Below are positions 1 through 12,100 of a stretch of 64,000 nucleotides of DNA, piece after piece. The DNA comes from Scyliorhinus canicula (taxonomy: Eukaryota): NCBI RefSeq assembly GCF_902713615.1, contig NC_052154.1, forward strand, positions 39,295,017 to 39,359,016, written 5' to 3'. The notes beneath the pieces were generated by a model. It did not search any database. It saw only the letters and a program-made list of their open reading frames with translations, and was not told where the DNA came from. The first letter of the stretch is position 1. Each line of letters begins with the position of its first letter. The position numbers were made by a program, and so were the translations under genes.

Positions 1-154
1 CTTGAATTTCAGCAAATTGCTCCATTCACCATTCTCTTCTTTAAACAGTGTTATGACAGGCTCTTCATTTATAGCGACACATGAACACTTTTCCTCTAAA
101 ATGCTACCTTGAAGTTCCAAATCCGCCAAATATAATTTGATACCAACAAAGGCA
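1..154 (-). CDS. TDRD12: TDRD12 exon, CS/p23 domain: SAFVGIKLYLADLELQGSILEEKCSCVAINEEPVITLFKEENGEWSNLLKFK
   Basis: tgcag acceptor, phase 2, open to the window edge; LxK...WxxL CS motif. Confidence 0.93.
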
Positions 155-3100
155 CTGCAATTAAATAATATGAAGCCTCAGATAAAGATCAAAGACAATA
201 ACTTTCTTTGTAAGTAATCGAAACTTTAGCTAGCTTTTACCTAAATACTACTCTGCAATCACCAAATTTGCATGAATGTTTTGTAAAATTTCGCAACTTC
301 ACATTCAGTATGAGCCGGTCTTCCTTCTGATGCCACTTTATTTCTGGGTGAAAGCTACAGGAAAATATAAACAATGACAAGTTAAAGTGTAAAATCAAAT
401 TCAAAACTCAAAATTTTGTTTAAATTATGTAATCATATTGCACAACTAGCTTGCAGACAGGAAGATTTAATATCAATACGGATAACCTTTTATGATCCAT
501 TGTTGATCGATTTTTTGCATCTTCAGGAACATCCACAATATCTGTGATTAGAAAATAATATAAAACATAAATCTTAAAATATATATTAATTGTGGAAGAA
601 TCCTTGGAAACTGAAAATAAATGTTTTGCTTTTGCCAATTCATTTTTCTGTTTGAATGCATTGCACCTGTCATTCAGCACTTGTATTTCCAAACAAAACA
701 CAAACCACCTTTGTTAACCTCTGTTAAGCATGTCAAAGTACTTAATGGCAGTTTCATTTATTTTCCACAAACTGATTCACAGTTAAAAGTTGAAACACAT
801 TTTACGAAATTAGTTTCTAATCAAAAAAATAATTCACTGAATGTTAAATTTGAATGTTAACCAGTGTTATTCAATTTAGCATTGAAGGGGTGCTGAACCA
901 TTTAAAATGGAGTCTTTCAGTTGAAAAACTAAACCGAGACCCCATCTACAATTCAGTTGGAAGTAAAAGATCCCACTATGAGGAGGATCAGTGTTCGGGT
1001 CAAAATTTATCCTTTAAACCAACATTGTTAATGCTGCATCTGATGAATAAATAATTTTACTGTTTATTTTATTTTAAAAACATATTCATAAAAAACATTC
1101 TTAGAATATTTTCTATTTCATAACAAGAACAAATGCTACAAATTATAGTCTACAAAGGTGAATAAATACCAGTATTTCCGTCACAGAAGGCTGCACCGTT
1201 TTGTAAGCAATATAAATTTTGAAAACTGGCCAGTGAAAACTTCAAATTGTTTGCAATTTCATATAAAGCACTCCTGTTAGATGTGCTCGCTAACAGCCTG
1301 AAAGTAAAAAAAAAAACACGGTTAAGTTCCCATGCAGTACATCAAATTGAAATCAAAAGAGATAAGAATATACTTGAATATATACTGTGATGCTACAGCA
1401 TCTGTTTTAGATCTTTTCCTGGTTTGTGGCTCCTACAGTACCTCCATGCAAAACTGTATACACATTTTACAGATACTATAATGTTACATACCTCTCAACA
1501 GTCACAGCAAGTCCACTTGATAACATTAAATTTAGACTCTGGGGTCTTCCACTGAGATGACACAAAACCTTCAGAATGTTTTCCAAAACCTTGCAAAGAA
1601 CAAATGTGGCAGGATATTATCTTGACTTCATAAGCAACTCCCGTTTGATGCTAAGTTTGAGAAGTAGCAACATTTCAAACACTTCATTGGTTATAAAGCA
1701 ATTTGGAATGTCCCAAGGACATGAGACACTATATTAAACATATTTTTCTTCCAATCTCTTTCTGTTCATCAATAAGTTATGCTGAATATTTCTTACCATA
1801 GAAGTATTCAAATACTTCACAAATTAACAATGCTGTATTGAGCGGTCCCTTTTAAGTTCCAAAAATCTCCTGGGATCCATGGGGCAATTTTGTTTCAAAT
1901 TCATAAAATGCTTTTAGTTCAAACACGATGTTGAAACAAATTTTTCATATTTTGTACTGGGCATGATTCTCCGAAAAAATTTCTAGGTGCGATAGCGAGC
2001 AGGAATTGCCACGAGCTTCCCGGTACTCAGCCCAGCGAGGTTGGCAACTAAATTCAATGCTAACTGGTCCACTTAAGGTCTCATGGACTTCTCGCCACAA
2101 ATGACAGCTTGCCAGCTGATTCGCCGGGACTGTACTCGCCAGCCCCCTGCAAACAAGGTCGAGCAGCACTTAAGCTGCAGTTGCTCAGACAACCCCAGTG
2201 AGCTCGTACCAATGGCACCCAGGAGACCAGTCCCAAGATTCGGGACGCTGACCTAGGGAGGCTCCAGGGCACGGTGCAGACGAGGAGGGATGTCCTGTTC
2301 CCCGAGGGTCCCGGAAGATGGTACGAGGTGGCGACAGCTGTCATCTCGGGGAGTATGACCAGGAGGACTGACCTCCAGTGCAGAAGGAAGATCAATGACC
2401 AACGCGCCACCCACCCCACAAAGGGAGCATCCACCCACCCAACCCACCCCCAGCCCTCTCTCCACCCCCCCTCCCCACCTTCATACCCAGTCTCCCATCA
2501 ATGTGAACCAACACGTGAGGCGAATGAATCCCTCTCCTCAGGAAAAGCTCTCCCAGGATCAGCGGGAGCAGGCCAAGGTTAGCGGTGGGGTGCCAGACAT
2601 CACCTTTGAGGAGCAGGCCCTGGAGGTGACTGGGGTGGCAGAGGACAGGGCGGTCACCAATGCGAAAGCTGGTGGATGCCACAGAGGTGAGGAACCATTG
2701 GGCCCTGCCCGAAGGACCTGTCAAACGTAAGTACTGATTGCCTTACTGACTGACCCGTTCCTCCCACTGACCACATGTTCATTCGCCCGCAGGTCCTCCA
2801 GGCGACGGAGCCAGCCCATCCGGGCGGTCCCCTCTCCTGACTCAATGGAGAACATCTCGGAGGAGAGCTCAGAGGATGCAACTGTTACAGCCGCAGCACA
2901 GCTGTCATCCCCACCCTCCACCAACGCTGATACACACACCTCAGTGGGACATGTTAGTGGTCAGGCTTCTTGAGCACAATCTGGTGATTGTGCTGTTGAT
3001 GTGCATCAGGTGGCGGCAGGAACCCCCAGGTGAGACAGCAGTCAGAGAGCTGCCGGATCCCAGGACCCAGCTGGGTCCCTGCCTGATGCTGAGCTTCTGG

Positions 3101-6100
3101 AAGAGGGTTATGCGGGGCTGATGGAGACAATAGGGAGCAGCTGGGACATTCAGAGGAGATGTCAGCGTCGTTCCATAGCTGCTTGGAGTCCCAGAGGCTC
3201 CGGGCGCAGGACATGGCGCCCGCAATGAGTGGCACCGAGGCCACTGCTAGGGTGGCGATCGCAGTGGAAAGCCTGGTGCATGACGTCAGCACCATGAGTG
3301 AAGGTGTCTACGGGGTCGCACAGTCGGTGATGGCCATGGCTGAGGGCCTTGGCAGAATGTCAGCCTCGCTGGGAGATATCACCCAGTACCAGGCTGACCC
3401 TGACAACGTTCTGTGGGACATGTCCCGCTCTCAGATAGGCATGACTAAGGCACTGCGGAGCTCGTCCCAGTCTCAGGTGGGCATGGCTAAGTCACTGCAG
3501 AACATGTCCCAGTCACTGAGGTGCATTGCCGAAGGCGTTGACACCATGGCGCAGATATTGGAGAACTGCATGGATGCAGGGGCAGCCAGGGCACAAAACA
3601 GCTGCCCCTCCACCCCAAGGTGGATCCCAGGGCCCATTGGGCACTGACCGGGTGGACGGGTCGCTGAGCGCCAACCTGAACTTGTCCTATGGACTGGCAA
3701 CGGTTGGCACCAGTTCCCCTGGTTTCAACCCTTCTGATGAGGCCGCGTCTCGGGGTCATCTGACGGGACAGTGCAGCACGGCTGTGCATGTGCCACTGAC
3801 AAGTTATATTGGGCACTTCGACCCCAGAGGATGCCCGCCGGGGCATTGAGGGCTATGGGACGAGGTAGGCAGCTGGCTGCTTCCACCTCATATGTGCATC
3901 CTAGGGAAACACCAAAATATAGTGGTAGATTTAGGAGGGCCAGGCGTGTTGAGGATCACGGAGGGCATTGGAGGGGGGGAGGGGGCCACCACCGGAGTGG
4001 GGTATTGTGCACCTGAACAGCCATGGTTCCTGTACTGGAAGAATCCCACAAAAAGCTTTCAATCAAATGAAATAGGCGCTTCAATCTTCAAGTTTATTCA
4101 TACATTTTGATATGTGATGCGTCACCATATGGAGCTGGTGTTATATTATCCCATGTAATGGAAGACAGGTCTGAGAGATCCATTGGATTGGTATCAAGAA
4201 CTTTACCTTATGCAGAACAGGGATATGCATAGATAGAAAAGGAAGTTTTGGCCATCATTTATGGCATTAAGAAATTTCACTAATATGTGTACGGCCGCCA
4301 TTTCACCATTATTACAGATCATAAGCTGCTTTTCGGACAAGGTGGAGCCAGTGTTTTTATGTTTTTATTGGATTTTCACATCCTGTATTTAACAAATCAT
4401 TTTACATTACATATTTGTGGTTTGAACGCTGAGGTACAGGTGTCGTACCCGCCAGTAGGTCTTTACAAAGGTAATCAGGGTGCGGTTCTGGTTTATACAA
4501 GAGAAAAAGAGAAGTAAAAAACTAAAAAGATTTTTAAAAAGTCAACCAGAGTGCGAACAGGCTGGGCTCACGATACATATTTATAATTGCCTGCTTTGTC
4601 CCCCTTCAGTGGTTGCGCCATTTATTTGGCCGGTCTGCCTCTTGCTGCCCTGCTTGTTGTTGGCCCTGGCTTGTGCTTCTCTGCTTGTTGCCATTCCCTC
4701 TGGTCCTCTTTTTGCCCCTGGGTTTAATCCCCCTGCAGTTGTGCCCATCCGTCTCACAGGCTTCCTGTGGGTTTTTACCCCTCCCTCCCTCTCGCCCCCC
4801 CCCCCCTTCCCCTTTCTTTGCTATCCATGACTCTCCGGTGCCTCAGCCTCCCCTCCCCCTCCCCTCTATTGGCTGTTCACTACAAACAGGTCTTGGAACA
4901 TGGCTGCCGTGTCTTGTGGAAGCCCTCTTCCGACTCCCAGATGGCGAATTTGATTTTCTCCAGTTGGAGAAAGACAGCCAATCTGATACCCCGAAGGCTG
5001 AAGACTGCCACTTTCGGGCTTGGCTCTACCTTCACCCCACATTGCCTCAAAAAAGGATGTACATAACCCGGCACGTCTGGGGCATGCCCAGAACATGTGG
5101 GTGTGGTTGGCTGGGCTCCCTAGCACGTTCATATTTATCCCTCACCTCCAAAAAGAACCTGCTCATTCAAGTTCTGATTAGGTGTGCTCTGCATTAAGCT
5201 TAGCCTTGCGAATGCGGAGGTGGAGTTTGCCCTGTTCGGTGCTTTGCTCCTATTTCTATCCGTAGTTCTTCCTCCCATTTTCCCCATGTCTCCTCCAGGG
5301 GGAATGCGCCCCTTCTAATAGTCGCCCTTGTTGCCGTCTTCCCAGCCCATTCTCCTGGACAAATTTGTCCAAGTCCGCAGGGGGCATGAAAAAATGCTCC
5401 CTGCCCTGGAATGCGTTCCATAGTTTGGCCGGGTACAGCATCCCAAACTTCACCTTGCTTTTGCACATAGCCACCTTTGAATTCCACTCGCTGCTTGGCC
5501 AGGTCTGTCCCAATGTCCTGGTAAATCCTGAACTGGTGCCCCTCCCAGATACAGATCCTTGCCTGGCACAGTGCAGGATTCTTTCCAGGTCCTGGTACCG
5601 GTGGATTTTTTCAATTGATCGTCCTTGGTTGTTCCCCGGCCTTGGATTTCAGCCGTAGCGATTTGTGGGCTCTGTCTAACTCTGGCGGGTTGGGGAAGCT
5701 GACGCTTCCCACCAGGTTTCCCAGCAATGGTCACTGCCTTCGGTCCCATCCAGCAGACCCAGTATTCTTAGATTTTGGCTCTGTGATCGGTTCTCCTGGT
5801 CCTCTATTTTTCCCTTTAGAGTTCCCTGTGTCGCCACCAACCTCGCCTACCTCAGTCTCCGATGATCTGGTCATTCTGATCCGTTGAGACTCTTTCCAAT
5901 TCCTTGCTGGTGCTCCCCTGGGCTTCCAGTTGTTTCTCTGTCTTGTCCAGGGCCACCTGCATGAGGGCCACCACCTTGACCGCCACTTTGATATTGATCT
6001 TTATCTCTTCCCTGAGCTCCCTGTGAGGAATGTCCTCCATCCACTCTCCAGTGAGGGGGAACCCAGTGTGCGTCTGGTTAGTCCCTCTCGCCCTGCAGTG

Positions 6101-9100
6101 GCCGGTGTTTCTTGGCCTCATGCGTCCGCCATCTAAATCCCTTGCTTCTCTTGGCTTCTGCTGCTTTTTGCGTCTTTGCGGCCTCTGGAGCTACTGTTGA
6201 TCGACCACGTATCTTGTGATGCTGTTGGGTAGGGTGAGGAGATGCATTTTCCCCCTGTTTTAGCAAGCTATTTTGGGTAAAAAAGCCTAATTTTGGGTTC
6301 TTGGGAGAGCCACCTGTTGTGCATCCCCGTCACCGGAAGTCCCAAGGTGGAGCTGGTGTTGCTGCCTCATCCAGTTGTGCCTGAAAGATGGTTTGCTCAA
6401 GAGATGAAGTGGCTGATTAGTCAGTGGCAGGCAAAAGTGCTGACTCCATTGAAACTGAAAAAGTAAGACACAGAATCCAGAGGAGAGTCCCAATGCGATA
6501 TCTGCAGCAGAATTTACCTCGACAGTTGAGCCACAGCCAGTTGAGCTGTGCCGCTCCCAGAGGAAGAGAAAGTCCCCGGACAAATTGAGATTTTAATGGA
6601 TTGTATACAAGTGTTTCTCAGAACTGGTGCTTTGTTAATGGGATAACTATTTCATGTATTGTATAATAAGGGACTTAAAAGGGGGAAGGCTGTATTAGCT
6701 GGCCCCTTTAAAAGAGAGCACATCAGGAGGAACATGGGGCCTCATCGCCTAATGAGAATCGAGCATGGGAATCTTGGTGCATTACGTCGGCTTTTGCAGC
6801 CAGAGTAAATCAGAGAGTGAGTAGTGATAACATTGCCAAAGACTGTGTAAATACAGTTTGTAAATAAATAGTTATAATTCATTATACATACTGGCTGGTG
6901 GTTCCAATCTTTCCTTTATTACACCAGTAATGGATAAACACTTCAACCAGAACGTGTAAACATCTCAGGTGAGATCCCCAAAGAATGGTAGAGATGGAGA
7001 GCTTGGTTGGCAGGTGTGCGAAAAGTCGGGCAGAATGCAGTCAGTTATAAAATTGAGGATATGGCTAAAGTCTGAACTTCATAGTATTAATTTCAAACCA
7101 GGAAGTTGTGGGGTATTTGGAGGAAAGAAGAGATACTTTTCTAGAAGCTTTTGTTGAGCTTGATTGGAACACAGTACAGGCCGACAGGTCAACATAGGAA
7201 TACAAGGCAAAGTTTAATTGGGTAGCCAGGGTTAGTTTAGGACACCAATTGCAAGCAGAAGGGAAGTGGTCGTGAAGGCGGTCATCGAATAAGGTTTCAC
7301 TTGCATAAAGCATACTGCTTTTTGAGCAGGTAATTTTAGCAGTCGGTTCAAATGATGTTGCCAGGCAAATACATTTAATATAAACAAAACAAGGTGACAG
7401 ACTAGTTTGAAATATTTTCAAAGTAAAGCAGTCAAACACAAAACTGGACAAAGCATTCTAATTTTTGCCACATTCAGACAACAGTTCACCTGATCTTTAT
7501 AGTACCCTTCAATAAATACATTTTGTTTGCAGTTATTCCTGTTAGACCGATAGCAACCCAAAATGTTAAATAGATGATATACCTCTGATCTTTATGCGGT
7601 TCATGTATCAAATTTATAGTAAGTTTAGATTTTCATCAGAAGAAGCTTACATCTCTCGTGTAACCTCCAAGCCAACATGGTCATAACTTTGTAAATGCTA
7701 CTCATTTCATCACAGCACCATCAGTGGTACATTGGTCTGCATCTACAATTCTCCAAATGGCGTGTTTCAAATCACTTCATAGTTAGCTTACTGCAGAGAC
7801 AAAGGACATCATTCCTCACAAGGCCAGAACAAAATGTCAGGTGGCATCAACGAATCGTTCAAAAAATGTCATTCAAGAAAAAATTTGGTGTGAAACTGGG
7901 GTTTCAGTATGCACACTCTGGACATCGACATAGAATATACAGTGCAGAAGGAGGCCATTCGGCTCATCGAGTCTGCACCAGCCCTTGGAAAGTGCGCCCC
8001 ACTTAAGCCCATACCTCCGCCTCATACCCATAACCTAGCAACCCCACCCAACTCCTTAGGGCAATTTAGCATGGGCAATCCACCTAACCTGCCCGACTTT
8101 GGACTGTGGAGGAAACAGAAGCTCCAGGAGGAGACACAAGGAGAATGTGCAGACTCTGCACAGACAGTGACCCAAGCCGGGAATTGAACCTGGGACCCTG
8201 GAGCTGTGAAGCGACAGTGCTAACCATTGTGCTACCATGCCGCCCCACTACTCTACCGAGTACAACACCTAAAGGAGTGGTTAGTTTTGCAGTCTACCCC
8301 ACCAAAAAGATAATACTGCTTTCAGAGAATAGGCTTCTTTTGTGAGGGCCACGAAGAACCCAGCACGAGTTTTCAGGATATAAAGAAATAACATTTCTTC
8401 ACAGCTCACTCCTCTCTCTCTGCTGGTTCCAAACTGGCCAGCTCTATTTATGCAGGGAGTCTGCTAATGATTTCTCCGCCCCCCTCATTGGGGAAGCTCA
8501 TACTCCCACAGGATTGTGGGATTGTCATTAGTCCCCAGCCAATGGTAAGCAGGCAGGTTATAACATCCCTCCCCCACCAAAGTCCAAGGAATCCACCGAA
8601 GACCCTGGCGAAGGAGGGCGTCGGACTCGTTTTGCCGCAGGCCGGACACCATCTGCACGAGGCGCTGGATCGGGCGACGTGTAACGAGACGGAGAGCGGC
8701 GCTTCCGTGATGAACAGCGTAACGGTTGTACATCCACGGCCCGTCGGCCCAAGGATTCCCCCTCGGAGGTGTCTTGTGTCTCCATCTCGGAGTCAGAGTC
8801 TGCTGCCTCCGTCATCTCGGCGTTTTTATCTCCACGCGGTTCTGTCACGACCTGCGCAGGCTTGAGTGAGGCACCAGAGGAAGATTGTGAGGAATATTTT
8901 CCATTGTGTCTGGTCTCTGTGGCTGTAGAAATGAGCTCCTGGGGTGAGGAATCTTTGGAAGGGATAGTCTTCTGGACCGAACATGGTCTACTTGTTTGCA
9001 CTGGAGACGACCCTGGGCTTGCACCTGGTAAGAGATAGGGCCCGTTTGGCGAAAGATTACGCCAGGGACCCACTGGGCACCACCAGCAAAATTCCGAACG

Positions 9101-12100
9101 AACACTGGGTCACCGGGTGTAAACTGCCGAATTGGCCGATGCCGAGAAAAACCATGTCTCTGCCGTTCTTGCGTGCGGCGTACTTTTGCGCCAATGTCCG
9201 GGAAAACCATGCTAAGGCGGGTGCGAAGTCTCCGGCCCATTAGGAGTTCTGCGGGAGCTACCCCAGTCACTGGATGGGGGATGGTCCTTTATGAAAACAA
9301 AAAACGAGCCAGTCTCGTGTCCATCGACCCAGAAGACTGCTTCTTTAGGCCTCATTTGAATGTCTGCACTCTCCGCCAACCCATTTAAAGCCGGGTGGTA
9401 AGGGGCAGTGTGGCTATGGCGTATGCCGTTCACCTTCATGAACCTCGCAAACTCCTCACTTGTGAACGGAGGTGACATTGTCCATGACTAGCACCTCGGG
9501 GAGGCCATGCGTACTGAAAGACAAACGCTTCTTCTAGATTGTTGCACAGGACGTTGTGCCTACCATCTTATGCACCTCTAGCCATTTAGACTGGGCGTCG
9601 ATTAATAGAAGGAACATGGATCCTTGAAAAGGGCCGGTGAAATCCACATGCAAGCGCGCCCAAGGCCGCCCTGGCCATTCCCAGTGATGTAGGGGCGCGG
9701 CCGGTGGAAGCTTCTGATGCTCCTGGCAAATAGAGCAGTTTTGGGCCACCTTCTCAATGTTGGTGTCGAGGCCTGGCCACCAAACATAACTCCGGGCCAA
9801 CATTTTCATTTTGGTCACACCTGGATGCCCATTGTGCAAGTCTCTCAGTATCAGCTCCTGTCCTTTTTCCAGGACAATCACATGCGTCCCCCACAAAAGG
9901 ATGCCGTCTTCCACGCTGAATTCGGACAGCTTGGAGGAAAATGGCCGCAACTCGCCTGGTAGCTGTCTATGCTGCCCACCATACAGGACTATGTGCCGAA
10001 CCTTTAACAGGACTGGTTCCTCTCACAGATCTGTGATGCCATGACAGGCAAGGTGTCCATAAAATTTAGGGTTGCAACCACCTCACCGGTCGTGGGAGTC
10101 GACATGGGGCCGGTCGATAAAGGCAATCAGCTCAGTGCGTCGGCATTCCCTATCTGAGTTCCTGGTTTGTGCTCCAGAGAATACTCGTATGCAGCGAGCA
10201 ACAAAGCTCAGCGCTGGATCTGTGCGGAAGCAATGGGCGGTATTGGCTTATCCTCTCTGAAAATTCCCAGCAGAGGCTTATGATCAGTCACGATAGCGAA
10301 GTGGCGGCCATATACGTACTGGAAGAAACGTTTCACCGCAAAGACTACTGCCAGGCCCTCCTTCTCGATCTGCACGTACTTCTTTTCCGCTGCAGTCAAT
10401 GTACGATAGGCGAAAGCTAGCGGCCGCTCGGCCCCGTTCTCCATCTTGTGGGACAGGACGGCCCCAATACCATATGGGGATGCATCACATGTGACGAGCA
10501 CAGGCTTTCCAGGATCAAAGTGGGTTAGTAACCCAGACGACGACAATTGTTGTTTTACCCGCCGGAAAGCGGTTTCTTGCGGCTGACCCCAAACCCAGGT
10601 GTGATTCTTCTTTAGCAGAAGGTGCAACGGGGCCAGCGTAGTTGCCAGATTGGAGAGGAACTTTCCGTAATAGTTTACGAGGCCGAGAAACAAACGAAGA
10701 TGCGAAGTGTCAGTCGGGCGGGGGCCTGTTGAATCGCGCGCACCTTCTCTGCGACGGGGTGCAAACCTTCGCAGTCCACCCGATAACCCAGGTAGATTAC
10801 TTCCTTCGCCTGAAAGACGCATTTTGTGCGACGTAAACGGATTCCAGCCTCCGAAAAGCGTCTAAGGACAGCCTCCAAATTTTCCAGATGTTCCTGCTCC
10901 GACGTCCCTGTGATCAAAACGTCATCTAAGTAGACAGCAACATGCGATAAACCTCTCAAAATGCCCTCCATAACGCGTTGAAAAATAGCGCAGGCAGAGG
11001 ATACTCCAAAGGGCAAACGTGTATATTCATACAGGTCCCGGTGTGTGTTAATCGTTACATGTGGCCGGGAGGCAGGGTCCAGCTCCAACTGTAGGTAGGC
11101 GTGACTCATATCTAATTTTGTGAACGAGAGTCCGCCTGCAAGCTTCGCGTAGAGATCCTCTATGCGAGGCATTGGGTATCAGTTGAGTTGGGAAGCCGTA
11201 TTCACTAAGTTTATAGTCGCCGCACAAGCGAACTGTGGCATCTGGCTTCATTACAGGTACATTACGGGCCTGATGATACCCAAAGTCTCCAAATGAGTGA
11301 GCTCCCCTTCTACCTTCTCAAGCAAGGCGTAAGGCACCGGGCGCGCCCGAAAATAGCGCGGCGTGGCTCCTGGTTCGACTTGGATACGGGCTACAGCCCC
11401 TTTTATTTTCCCCAAACCGGGCTGGAATACATCTGGGTATCGTCCTAGCACCTCAGTCAACCCTCCAGAAACTGTTTGAAGGATGTGCTGCCACTGCAAC
11501 CACAAATGGCGCAACCAGTCCCGACCCAACAGGCTGGGCCCATGGCCACGCACCATGATAAATGGGAAACGCCCCTCCTGGCGTCCATAACCAACAGGGG
11601 TCATCATAGTTCCTGCAATGTCCAATGGTTCCCTGTGTAGGTGGCCAACCTGGCCTGTGTGTCGGTTAATGTAAGGGTCTGTATACCCTGCTTGATGGGG
11701 TCGAATGTCCTCTGGGCGATCACGGAGACCGCTGCGCCAGTGCCCAACTCCATCTCAAGCGGGTGGCCATTGACCCGTACTGTCACTTTAATGGGGGCCA
11801 CATGGGGAGCTGCCACACAATGCAGCTGCAGGCAGTCATCCTCCATCTCCACGTGGGAGTAGTCGCTGCAGGTTCATCCAAATGAAAGGTACGGCCCCCG
11901 GGCTGGCCCCAGTTTCGGTTGGAATGATGGCGCCTCTGGCACCCCCAGGAGCAGCGTCCGCGACGGGTTCGGCGCCTACAAGTCTGACACGGACATGGCT
12001 CCTCATCCATTGTTTCTGGAGAAGGCTCCCTTCGGGGAGGAATGTCCGACGGCCACTGGCGTCGAACCGGACGTTGCCTCGCCCAAGGTACCGCAGGGGT

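Noticed and set aside
7583-7790. Candidate exon after a strong-looking minus-strand acceptor
   Set aside because: Stops occur in all three frames.
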